Virus record (IMG/VR): IMGVR_UViG_3300043178_000071
Coordinates: 1-43,511 of that record
Length of the DNA stretch: 43,511 nucleotides
From: a virus
Direction: 5' to 3' (one strand)
The notes below the pieces were generated by a model. It ran no database searches. It had not been told where the DNA came from and saw only the letters and a program-made list of their open reading frames with translations. The position numbers and the translations under genes were made by a program. Below, one piece after another: positions 6,623 through 14,465 of the stretch; the stretch's first letter is position 1; the number at the start of each line of letters is the position of its first letter.

Positions 6623-6856
6623 TCAGGGCGGATGCCATCGGGCGCGGGCGGCGGCGCGGGCACTGGCAATCCGGTCCTCGGGCGTCAGCCGAGCCGCGCG
6701 GGCTCGTCCACCGAGCGCGTGGACGCTGGGTCGCTCGTCCCCATAGGCGACGAGCGCGGCAATAAGCACGTCGCGCAGGTCAGTCCCGTCGCGGGTGGCG
6801 CGGGCCCGAGCCCGGCGCAGGACCGGGCCCGGGATGCCGTGCAGGCGGTAGTCCAT
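6623..6856 (-). CDS. Ribbon-helix-helix-like small DNA-binding protein with a basic C-terminal GG-ARAA-LTP-R..ARW motif
   Basis: The N-terminus MDYRLHGIPGPVLRRARARATRDGTDLRDVLIAALVAY has a strand-helix-helix pattern. The C-terminus reads GGRARAARLTPEDRIASARAAARARW. Confidence 0.6.
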   Translation of the reverse strand: MDYRLHGIPGPVLRRARARATRDGTDLRDVLIAALVAYGDERPSVHALGGRARAARLTPEDRIASARAAARARWHPP

Positions 6857-6867
6857 GCTGGGTCAGC

Positions 6868-7272
6868 TTACACGGCCGGTGCGGCCGGTGCGGCCGGGCG
6901 CGTGAGGAGCCTTGCGCCATCGTAGGATTCACCCGCGTCCATCAGGCGAACCATGGCCCTCACGCGCTCCATCGGCGGATGGGCGTGTCCAGCGGTGCCG
7001 TCGGCCTTGTGCCAGACCATCAGATACTGGCGGTCCCCACACTCCGATACCTCGTAGAGCCCAGGACGGAGGTGATAGGTATACGTCCGCGTGTAGCGCG
7101 CACGCCGGTAGGAGTCGCGCGTCACGGTGTCGGCGGCCACAAACTCGCGGGCGAGGCCGTACTCCTGACTCGATCCCGTGATCGCAGCCACATAGGCGCG
7201 CGCACCGTGCTTGCCGCTGTAGCCGATGCCCTGCTCGATCTGGAGCGTATAGGTGGTCGGCGTCTGCGTCAT
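6868..7272 (-). CDS. Hypothetical protein (134 aa), first gene of the leftward operon
   Basis: ATG preceded by AGGAGG (plus-strand cctcct at 7279..7284). It lies downstream of the consensus leftward promoter. Confidence 0.7.
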   Translation of the reverse strand: MTQTPTTYTLQIEQGIGYSGKHGARAYVAAITGSSQEYGLAREFVAADTVTRDSYRRARYTRTYTYHLRPGLYEVSECGDRQYLMVWHKADGTAGHAHPPMERVRAMVRLMDAGESYDGARLLTRPAAPAAPAV

Positions 7273-7319
7273 CGCATCCTCCTGGGATGGGGGCGGGCGG
7301 ATGCCCGCGATATGAGAGC

Positions 7320-7349
7320 AGTATACGTGCTAGCAGGCATGCGTGTCAA
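7320..7349 (-). promoter_or_regulatory. Leftward sigma70-type promoter: TTGACA, 18-nt spacer, TATACT
   Basis: The minus strand reads TTGACA (7349->7344) and TATACT (7325->7320). The predicted start is ~40 nt upstream of the 6868..7272 ATG, with a GCGGGC/GCCCGC hairpin (7293..7308) in the leader. Confidence 0.65.
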
Positions 7350-7354
7350 GGGAA

Positions 7355-7368
7355 ATCGGCGCGCCGAT
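7355..7368. promoter_or_regulatory. Perfect 14-bp palindrome ATCGGCGCGCCGAT next to the leftward -35 (possible operator)
   Basis: Read directly from the AT-rich divergent intergenic region. Confidence 0.4.
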
Positions 7369-7399
7369 GCAGATTTTTGAAGAAAAAGCGAAAGTGAAA

Positions 7400-7618
7400 A
7401 TGACACCCGCCGTGCGCCGCGTCATCCTGCCCCCCCCACACGTCTGCCGCAGGGGCCACCCCGGGGCCCGGATCATCGAGTCCCGCCCCGTCGCCGGCTA
7501 CATCCGGCGCCGCCTCTCCTGTCCCGTCTGCGGTCTCCGCTGGTCGACCTACGAGACCATCATCCATCCGCGCCGTCTCGTCGTCCGAGACCCATCATCT
7601 ACCGACGGCGGGCGCTAG
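7400..7618 (+). CDS. NrdR/Ogr-like zinc-ribbon protein, possible late-gene transcription factor
   Basis: IESRPVAGYIRRRLSCPVCGLRWSTYETI matches the pattern DSR..(R)RRR.C..C..RF.T.E of the NrdR/Ogr zinc ribbons. The A-rich leader upstream argues against the earlier starts at 7343 and 7367. Confidence 0.55.
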   Translation: MTPAVRRVILPPPHVCRRGHPGARIIESRPVAGYIRRRLSCPVCGLRWSTYETIIHPRRLVVRDPSSTDGGR

Positions 7619-7759
7619 GTATAGTGTGTCGCTGGTGGGCGCCGCTCCATGTGCTAGGTTGACTTCACTGCTAACAGGCAGATTTCGCCGGTCGTGGACC
7701 TCGCCGCGACATAGCGGGAGATTGCGCACGCGGCGCGGGCGAGCGGATAAGGTTCACTC

Positions 7760-8050
7760 ATGCCGTGGCAGAAAGGTCAGTCGGGTAATCCGCGCGGGCG
7801 GAAGACGGCGGGCGAGGCGCTCTGCGAGCAAATCCGCCGCGCCATTACGCCCGAGGACCGGGCGAAGATGTTCGCGCAGCTGCGGCTGCTCGCGTGTGAG
7901 CCGCATGGCGACCCGCACGCCCGGATCAAAGCGGCCGAGTGGATCGCCAAGCACGGCTGGCCCGAGGAAGCCCGCGGCCAGACGACGGTCACGACAGACG
8001 GCCGGACCACCACGGTGACGCACGTCTACATCACCGCCCCGGATGCCTAG
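7760..8050 (+). CDS. terS: Putative terminase small subunit (W-x-K-G-Q-S-G-N-P-x-G-R family)
   Basis: The N-terminus is MPWQKGQSGNPRGRK. It is immediately upstream of, and overlaps, the large terminase gene. Confidence 0.65.
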   Translation: MPWQKGQSGNPRGRKTAGEALCEQIRRAITPEDRAKMFAQLRLLACEPHGDPHARIKAAEWIAKHGWPEEARGQTTVTTDGRTTTVTHVYITAPDA

Positions 8051-9548
8051 TCTCGACGTCGCTGCCGCCCTGGCGACACTACCGCCGCCGAGGGCCGGCG
8101 AACAGCGCATGGTGTGGACCGGCGTCATTGCGCATTTCATGGGGGATCCGACGCGCCTGATCGATTGTGAGGGCGCCTTCCGCGCCGGCAAGACCACCGC
8201 CGCGTTGTGGAAGGTTTTTACGTCTACACAAGATCATCCCGGTATCCATTGGCTCATCTGCCGCTACAGTGATGGCGACACGAAATCGGTGCTCCTGCCT
8301 CAGTGGCGAGCCGTGCTGCGCACGGCCGGCGTGACCCCGACGTGGGACCCGGTCGCACACTGTGATGAGCTGCCGAACGGGAGCCGCGTGTATATCCTCG
8401 GGCTCAAGGCACAGGACCAGGTGAGTCGCTACGCCAAACTGCGCGGGCGGACGCTCGCTGGCGTGTATGTCGATCAGGCCGAAGAATTACCCGCGGACGT
8501 CTACCAAGAGCTCGTCGGGCGACTGTCGCAATCCGGCTATCCCCATCAATTGCTCCTGACGCCGAACCCGCCTGACGAAGGACACTGGCTCGCCCGCGAG
8601 TTCCCCGAGGACAACCGGATCGCGGGGCGCCACTACTATAGTGTCCCGGTCTACGCGAACGCGCACAATCTGCCACCGGAAGCGATCGCGGGACTGGAAG
8701 CCGCGTATCCGCCGGCGCATCCGAAACACCGTAGCGCGGTGTTGGGCCTGCGCGGGCTGAACGTCGTCGGGGAACCGGTGTATGGGCACGCCTTCCGGCG
8801 TGATCTCCATGTCCGACCACTCGTTCCCGATCCCCAGCTCCCGCTGCTCGAATCGATCGACTACGGTAAGCACCACCCGTGTGTCGTGTGGGCCCAATAC
8901 ACCCCGCTCGGGGCGCTGCACGTCCTCGGCGGGATACTTGGACAGGATCTCTATCTAGAAGACTTCGCCCCACTCGTGCTGCAGTATCGGCAGCAGTGGT
9001 TTCCGCGCACGGCGGGCGTGATGACGTGCTGTGACCCGGCCGGGAGCCACGACAATTCGCAGGGCATCCGGCTGAACGGCGTCCAGGTGCTCAAGACACA
9101 TGGGTTGCATCCGCGCTGGCGGGACAATAGCAACGCGCCCGACGTGCGGCTGGCGATGGTCGAACGACTGGCGGCGCTGATGCGGAAGCGCACGGCGGGC
9201 GGGGAAGCCTTTGGCGTGGCGGCGGATGCGCGATGGCTGCGGATCGCCCCGTCGCGCGTGGTGCCGCATGCGTTTGTCGCGGATGCGCTGGAGGCGGGCT
9301 ACGTGTGGGACGAGCACATGGTCTCGGTCGGTAGTAAGCAGGTCCGCCGGCCGAAGAAAGATGGCTGGTTTGAGCACGGCATGAACTGCCTGGAGTATGT
9401 CGAGCTGAACTTCGGCGGAGTGCAGCCGACGCTAGAGCAGGTCGCGCGCCGGGCGACCGCCCAGGAGCGGCTGGCGCTCAGGCGGTCGCAGCAGGATCGC
9501 GACTCATGGCGGTGGCAACCGGTGCGGGTTGGGCGTGGTGGCTACTGA
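8043..9548 (+). CDS. terL: Terminase large subunit
   Basis: Walker A is GAFRAGKTTAALWK and Walker B-like is VYVDQAEEL. At 501 aa it sits between the terS-like gene and the portal. Confidence 0.9.
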   Translation: MPSLDVAAALATLPPPRAGEQRMVWTGVIAHFMGDPTRLIDCEGAFRAGKTTAALWKVFTSTQDHPGIHWLICRYSDGDTKSVLLPQWRAVLRTAGVTPTWDPVAHCDELPNGSRVYILGLKAQDQVSRYAKLRGRTLAGVYVDQAEELPADVYQELVGRLSQSGYPHQLLLTPNPPDEGHWLAREFPEDNRIAGRHYYSVPVYANAHNLPPEAIAGLEAAYPPAHPKHRSAVLGLRGLNVVGEPVYGHAFRRDLHVRPLVPDPQLPLLESIDYGKHHPCVVWAQYTPLGALHVLGGILGQDLYLEDFAPLVLQYRQQWFPRTAGVMTCCDPAGSHDNSQGIRLNGVQVLKTHGLHPRWRDNSNAPDVRLAMVERLAALMRKRTAGGEAFGVAADARWLRIAPSRVVPHAFVADALEAGYVWDEHMVSVGSKQVRRPKKDGWFEHGMNCLEYVELNFGGVQPTLEQVARRATAQERLALRRSQQDRDSWRWQPVRVGRGGY

Positions 9549-9696
9549 CCGCTGTCCGACCTGTGGACGCGGGCTGTCGCCGGTCGAGGCACTCTACCGG
9601 GAGCTGACCAATACGCGCATGACGTGGATTGATGGCGTGTGGTGGGTCTCGGTTGGGATGGCGCTCGGTGGCGCGCTGGTGTGGGGGGTCTCATGA
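9535..9696 (+). CDS. Possible small membrane protein with a CPTC half zinc-ribbon (53 aa)
   Basis: GTG start. The peptide is ..DRCPTCGRGLSPVEALYRELTNTRMTWIDGVWWVSVGMALGGALVWGVS. It is below the ORF-track cutoff. Confidence 0.3.
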   Translation: MVATDRCPTCGRGLSPVEALYRELTNTRMTWIDGVWWVSVGMALGGALVWGVS

Positions 9697-9792
9697 GCCA
9701 GACGACGGGGGTCTTTCCGGCGCTTACAGACGGTGTGCGCAAGTCTCCACGACCGCCGCGGCGACCGCGGCCGACGAAGAAAGGCTGACCGG

Positions 9793-11841
9793 ATGGCGAC
9801 CATGCGCGACCCCTTCGAAGTCCGCCTGAATGACGACCAACGGAAGGTCTTCGGGCTGTGGCTGTGCGACGAGATTCAGCGGGGGATTGACGCGCGAGGC
9901 GCGTCGACGGCTGAATGCGACTACTGGCACCAGCTCTATGAGCAGGCCCGCACGCGGACTCGTGCCCCCTGGCCGGATGCGGCGGACCTCACGAGCTATC
10001 TCGGCTCGGAAAAGGTCGACGCGCTGCAGGCCCGGCTGCTGCGGTCGATCTGGGTCGACCCAGTGTGGACGGTCGAAGGCTGGGGGGATGCAGCCGAACG
10101 AGCGCCGTTTGTCGAGGAATTTCACCAGTGGAAGGCTGAAGAGGAACGGCTGCAGTCCGTATTGGATCGCCTGAGTTTGATTAGCCTCATCGAACCGCGT
10201 GGCCTGCTGGAGATCGCGGAAGGCACGGAGATGCGCCCCGTGCGGAAGTCGGTGCGCGCGAAGGTGGACACCGACCCGGTGACAGGCGGCGTCTACTACG
10301 ACGAGGCGATGCAGCCGCAGCTCGCGATGGGGCTGGATGGGCGCTATGTGGAGGCGCAGGACGGCGAGGCGTATGCCGAGACGGTCATTGACTCCTGGGA
10401 GCGCATCCGCACGGGGCCGGTGTATCGCATCCTGCCGTATCGGGATTCGCTGATTTTGCCGGGGCATGCCCGCGACCAGGACGAGATCTGGGGCTACGGT
10501 AAGCGGTTCTGGCGACCATGGGGTGCGCTCAAGCGCGGGGCCGAGTCAGGCCTGTATGACCGTGACGCGGTCGACCGCATGAGCAGCACGAGCGACCGCG
10601 AGTCCGATCCCGCCCTCGAGCGCGCCGGGCAGGCGGTCGCGCCGAGCGACGACGATCAGGCCGAAAAAGAACTCTGGGAACTGCTCGTGCTCGTCGACCT
10701 CGGGGCGCTGCTGGCGGCGCGCGGGGAACGCGTCCCACGCGGACTTCGGGCGATGGGGCCGCGGTGGTATCTGACCACGGTGCATCTGCAGACTTCGGCC
10801 CTCTTGCGGGTGCAGTATGACGACCTCGAGCGGAGCCGCTTTGTCCCCGTGATCTTGTTCCCGCGCCCGGACCGCTGCACGGAAGGCTATTCGTTCATCG
10901 GCCACAAGCTCGTGACGACGATCGAAGAGCATACCGCTTGGCGAAATATGGCGGCGGACCGAGCGGCGATGGTCGTGCAGGCCCCCATGAAGCGGATGCT
11001 CGGCGCGATCTGGGATCCGCTCGAGCAGCCCTGGGGGCCGAAGGCGGTCATCGACGTGCAGGACATGAACGAAGTGCAGCCGGTGCAGGTGCCGGACTAC
11101 ACGGGGCCGGCGTTCCAGCACCTAGCGATGATGGAGCGCACCGCGGAACGGATCGCCGGGGTGAACGACATCGCGTCGGGGCAGATATCGACCGAACAGC
11201 GGACGCTCGGTGAAGTGCAGATGGCGACCGCGAACAGCGCCGTGCGTATGGATGTCGTGATCCGGCGGTTCCAGGACGCGATGGAGCAGATCGGCGATAT
11301 CCGGCATGCGATCTGGCAACGCACACTGGCGGCGCACCCGGACGGGCTGGAAGCGCCCGCGGCACTGGTCCACAATCTGGAAGGGCGGGGCGTGCCGATT
11401 GACCAGTTCCTGCCGGACAAACGCATCACGGCCAGTCTCTTGCGGGGGGCCTTCCGCTTCAAGCCGCGGGGGAGTGTTGAGACAGCCGATCCACAGCTCA
11501 TGCGACAGGACTTCGTGCTGTTCTTGTCACAAGCCCTGCCGATGTTGGCGCGGACGTTTCCGATGCTGGCGCCAATGTTCGCGACGCCACAGGCGGCGCG
11601 GGCGATGGCGCGGCAGGCGCTACGGTTATTCCGGGTCGAGAACCCGCAGGCGTTTCTGGGGAGTCCGGCGCAGGACCTGGCACAGACGATGCTCACGTCG
11701 CTGCCGGGGATGATGGGCGGGATGCTGGGGCAACCCGGTCTGCCGGGCGCGGGGCCGCCCCTGAACCCATTAGCAGCGGGACAAGCGCCAGATCCGCTGG
11801 GGGCGACGCCGGAACTGTCACCGGGGATGCGGCCGTCATGA
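9793..11841 (+). CDS. Portal protein (682 aa from ATG 9793)
   Basis: Its size and position directly after terL support the call, as does GAAAGG upstream of ATG 9793. The family was not verified. Confidence 0.7.
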   Translation: MATMRDPFEVRLNDDQRKVFGLWLCDEIQRGIDARGASTAECDYWHQLYEQARTRTRAPWPDAADLTSYLGSEKVDALQARLLRSIWVDPVWTVEGWGDAAERAPFVEEFHQWKAEEERLQSVLDRLSLISLIEPRGLLEIAEGTEMRPVRKSVRAKVDTDPVTGGVYYDEAMQPQLAMGLDGRYVEAQDGEAYAETVIDSWERIRTGPVYRILPYRDSLILPGHARDQDEIWGYGKRFWRPWGALKRGAESGLYDRDAVDRMSSTSDRESDPALERAGQAVAPSDDDQAEKELWELLVLVDLGALLAARGERVPRGLRAMGPRWYLTTVHLQTSALLRVQYDDLERSRFVPVILFPRPDRCTEGYSFIGHKLVTTIEEHTAWRNMAADRAAMVVQAPMKRMLGAIWDPLEQPWGPKAVIDVQDMNEVQPVQVPDYTGPAFQHLAMMERTAERIAGVNDIASGQISTEQRTLGEVQMATANSAVRMDVVIRRFQDAMEQIGDIRHAIWQRTLAAHPDGLEAPAALVHNLEGRGVPIDQFLPDKRITASLLRGAFRFKPRGSVETADPQLMRQDFVLFLSQALPMLARTFPMLAPMFATPQAARAMARQALRLFRVENPQAFLGSPAQDLAQTMLTSLPGMMGGMLGQPGLPGAGPPLNPLAAGQAPDPLGATPELSPGMRPS

Positions 11842-11957
11842 CGCGCCGCGAGATGCTAGCGCTCGTGGGGTTCGTGGCCTGGTTTCGGCGTCTGTGGTTT
11901 CGGCGGACGGACCCTGAAGCCGTGCCCAAGCGGCTCGGGGTGTTCGACCGGTCATGA
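11838..11957 (+). CDS. Possible 39-aa ORF coupled on both sides by ATGA overlaps
   Basis: ATGA at 11838 and ATGA at 11954. Confidence 0.35.
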   Translation: MTRREMLALVGFVAWFRRLWFRRTDPEAVPKRLGVFDRS

Positions 11958-12229
11958 CGGATTTGCGCGAGCATCTCGACAATTTGCTGAAATCGCCGGG
12001 CTGGCAGTGGTTGGAGCACGACGTGCTCGACCGGTGGCAGACCGAATTGGTCAATTACGTCGGGCAGGCCGCCGCGCACGAGAACGACGCGATTGCGAGC
12101 CAACGGATTCGCCAGGTGGTGGCCGCGCATAAGGCAGTGCAACAGGTGTTTGCCCGGCCTAAAGAGAAGCTGCGGGAATTGACGACAGTGCCGCCGCCTG
12201 AAACGTGGAGCCGACGAGGCCCGCTGTGA
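11954..12229 (+). CDS. Hypothetical head-module protein (91 aa)
   Basis: The ORF has genome-typical codon bias and coupled starts and stops. Confidence 0.6.
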   Translation: MTDLREHLDNLLKSPGWQWLEHDVLDRWQTELVNYVGQAAAHENDAIASQRIRQVVAAHKAVQQVFARPKEKLRELTTVPPPETWSRRGPL

Positions 12230-12624
12230 GTGACGTGGTCCTGACCCCGCTGGCGGATCGCGTGTTGATTCGGCCAGCCCCGAAGCCGACGGAAACCGCC
12301 TCCGGCCTTGCCCTCGTACAGGACTGGACGCCGGACCAGACCGGCACGGTCGTGGCCATTGGGCGCGCACGGCATCCGTTGCACGATGTCGCGTCGTCAC
12401 TGGCCCACAAATTGCGCACCTACGCCCGCAGCGACGACGACTACGCCGACACCCTGAAGGATGCGGCGCGACTCCTCCTGCAACTCACGGCCTATGAGCC
12501 GAGCGTCCAGGTGGGGGATGAAGTGATCTTCTCCTGGCGTTCCGGGCAGGAACTCGTCCTCAACCAGGGCGAATCCCGGTTCATCCTGCTCAAAGAATCG
12601 GATGTCTTAGCCGTGATGGAGTAA
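12226..12624 (+). CDS. groES: GroES/Cpn10-like co-chaperonin with an internal ~45-aa insertion
   Basis: VLTPLADRVLIRP...TASGLAL...GTVVAIG...VQVGDEVIF...ILLKESDVLAVME aligns by eye with GroES (PLHDRVIVK..SAGGIVL..GEVLAVG..VKVGDIVIF..LIMSESDILAIVE). The GTG 12226 start forms a GTGA overlap. Confidence 0.7.
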   Translation: MSDVVLTPLADRVLIRPAPKPTETASGLALVQDWTPDQTGTVVAIGRARHPLHDVASSLAHKLRTYARSDDDYADTLKDAARLLLQLTAYEPSVQVGDEVIFSWRSGQELVLNQGESRFILLKESDVLAVME

Positions 12625-12630
12625 GCCTGC

Positions 12631-13533
12631 ATGCCTGAACCGTTACAGATCGAAGACACGCATCCCGAACCGGACACGGCACCGACGCCGGCGGCACCAC
12701 CGGCCGCCGAGGCGGCGGCGACCGCCGCCCCACCCGCCGCCACAGAACCCGAGCCCCTGATCGATCCGGACACGGCCGACCTCACCGATGAACGCGTGCG
12801 CACGGGTCTGTTGGGCGAAATCAAGCGGCTACGGCAGGAAAACCGCCTACTGAAGCCCGCCGCGGCCGATGCGGAACAATTGCGCGCCTGGGCGCACGCC
12901 AATCAGCCATATGTGGAGTTCCTCCAGAAGCATCCCGACTTTCTGGCGGCGCGTCCGGCTGCGCCACCCGCGTCCGCGACGCCGACCGAGGATCCGGATG
13001 CCCTGGAAGCGGCCCAGTTGATGGACTTCTACACGGCCGACGGCAAGGCGGATATCGACAAGGGTCGTCGCTGGCTCGCCCTGCAGGACCGGCGCGCCAG
13101 CCGGCTGGCGCAGCAGGCCGTTGAGCCGTTGGCGCAGAGCCGGACGCAGGCCCAGGCCGAGAACAATTATCGGCAGTTGCTGGGACTCAAGCTCCCGGAT
13201 GGCACGCTGGTGCGAAAGGACACCGTGGACGCCTTCTGGCGCCGAGCGGCGGCGGAACCCAATGGGTTACAGACCTTGGCCGATCCACAGAGTCTGGCGG
13301 GGATCGCGCTGATGGTGCTCGGGGCGGAAGCGATGAGTCGACAACAGCCGGTGGCCCCGCCGTCCCGAGAGCCCCTGGTGACCGAACCCTCGGGGGGCAC
13401 ACCGGGGCAGATGCCGCGCCTGTCCGATCTCGAACGGCGCGTCGTCGCGGCGCGGGGCGGGATCTCCGAAAAGGAGTGGACCGAGAAAACGCGGGGCTTC
13501 CAGCCGGGACGCCCAATGATTCTGGAGGACTAG
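12631..13533 (+). CDS. Putative scaffolding protein (300 aa, Pro/Ala/Glu-rich N-terminus, helical)
   Basis: Position and composition only. Confidence 0.4.
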   Translation: MPEPLQIEDTHPEPDTAPTPAAPPAAEAAATAAPPAATEPEPLIDPDTADLTDERVRTGLLGEIKRLRQENRLLKPAAADAEQLRAWAHANQPYVEFLQKHPDFLAARPAAPPASATPTEDPDALEAAQLMDFYTADGKADIDKGRRWLALQDRRASRLAQQAVEPLAQSRTQAQAENNYRQLLGLKLPDGTLVRKDTVDAFWRRAAAEPNGLQTLADPQSLAGIALMVLGAEAMSRQQPVAPPSREPLVTEPSGGTPGQMPRLSDLERRVVAARGGISEKEWTEKTRGFQPGRPMILED

Positions 13534-14058
13534 ATGGCACGCAAGAAAGAGGGCGAGGGCGTCACCGGGCCGCGTCTGCCACGCCCCAGCGTGGAAGTTC
13601 TGGAACGGTCCCTGGCGAATCCGTTCGGGCTCCCGGATGCGGAGGTACGGCTGACGGACCCGTCAGTCCTGACCCACTGGTGCAATACCGGCATCGGGGG
13701 GCATCAGCTCGGGAAGTATCTTGATGCGGGCTATCTGAAGGTCACCCCCGACATGTTGGCCGATCGAGATCGGGTGTCGTTCGTCGCGAGTCCGGAGGGG
13801 TATGTGGTGCGCGGGCATCGCGGCGAGGAAATCCTGCTCTACACGCCGCGGGACTGGTATCGCCGACGGCAGGAGGCGAAGGAAGCCGAGAATCGGGCAG
13901 CGATGGACCCGATGCGGACGAAGCGTCAACTCGTGCAGGCGGCGTCCGAGAAGCTGGGGGACGAAGCCGCGACCTATCTCGACGGGCATGTTGGGCCGAC
14001 GGGCAGTGTGCGGGACAGTTATGAGCGCATCGAAGTGCTGCCCGAGGGTGTGGAGTGA
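13534..14058 (+). CDS. Hypothetical head-module protein (174 aa)
   Basis: An ORF with good codon bias. The ATG follows the stop of the upstream gene directly. Confidence 0.6.
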   Translation: MARKKEGEGVTGPRLPRPSVEVLERSLANPFGLPDAEVRLTDPSVLTHWCNTGIGGHQLGKYLDAGYLKVTPDMLADRDRVSFVASPEGYVVRGHRGEEILLYTPRDWYRRRQEAKEAENRAAMDPMRTKRQLVQAASEKLGDEAATYLDGHVGPTGSVRDSYERIEVLPEGVE

Positions 14059-14465
14059 TCCTGTGTTCGGGGTGCTTTGACGGGCTGCACGCTGGACACG
14101 TCGCGTATCTGCGCCAGGCGGCCGCGGTGGGTCCTGATGATGTGGTCGTGGCGGTGGCGTGCGATGACTACATCCGGGACATCAAACGTCGGGAACCCCG
14201 GTGGACGGTCGCGCAACGGGTGCAGGTTGTGAAGGCGCTCCGCTGGGTGTCGGCCGTCGTGGTCCACGGACCACGTGGGGTGGCACATCTGATCGATGAA
14301 TTGCGGCCCCGGTGGTTTGTGAAAGCGTCCGATTGGACCGGGCCCGCGCTCGAAGCCGAAGGCGTCACCCGCGCCGCCGCCGCGACCGGGACCCAGATCA
14401 TCTTTGTGGATGTCGTCGATGTGCCGCGCTGTGCGGACGTGGTATGGCCTGGCGCTACCCCCTGA
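14055..14465 (+). CDS. HxGH nucleotidyltransferase (cytidylyltransferase-like; TagD / RfaE domain II type)
   Basis: MILCSGCFDGLHAGHVAYLRQAA..VVVAVACDDYIRDIKRREPRWTVAQRVQVVKALRWV matches the G-x-F-D-x-x-H-x-G-H family layout. The start forms a GTGA overlap. Confidence 0.7.
   Translation: MILCSGCFDGLHAGHVAYLRQAAAVGPDDVVVAVACDDYIRDIKRREPRWTVAQRVQVVKALRWVSAVVVHGPRGVAHLIDELRPRWFVKASDWTGPALEAEGVTRAAAATGTQIIFVDVVDVPRCADVVWPGATP

Noticed and set aside
7343-7399. A longer N-terminus (MSREIGAPMQIFEEKAKVK) for the zinc-ribbon gene.
   Set aside because: This stretch is the AT-rich intergenic leader that also holds the leftward promoter and a palindrome. Its composition is unlike coding DNA in this genome.
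7620-7662. TATAGT (7620..7625) and TTGACT (7657..7662) as a late promoter ahead of terS.
   Set aside because: Neither hexamer has a partner element at 16-19 nt spacing (atctac upstream of TATAGT, atttcg downstream of TTGACT). They are left unannotated.
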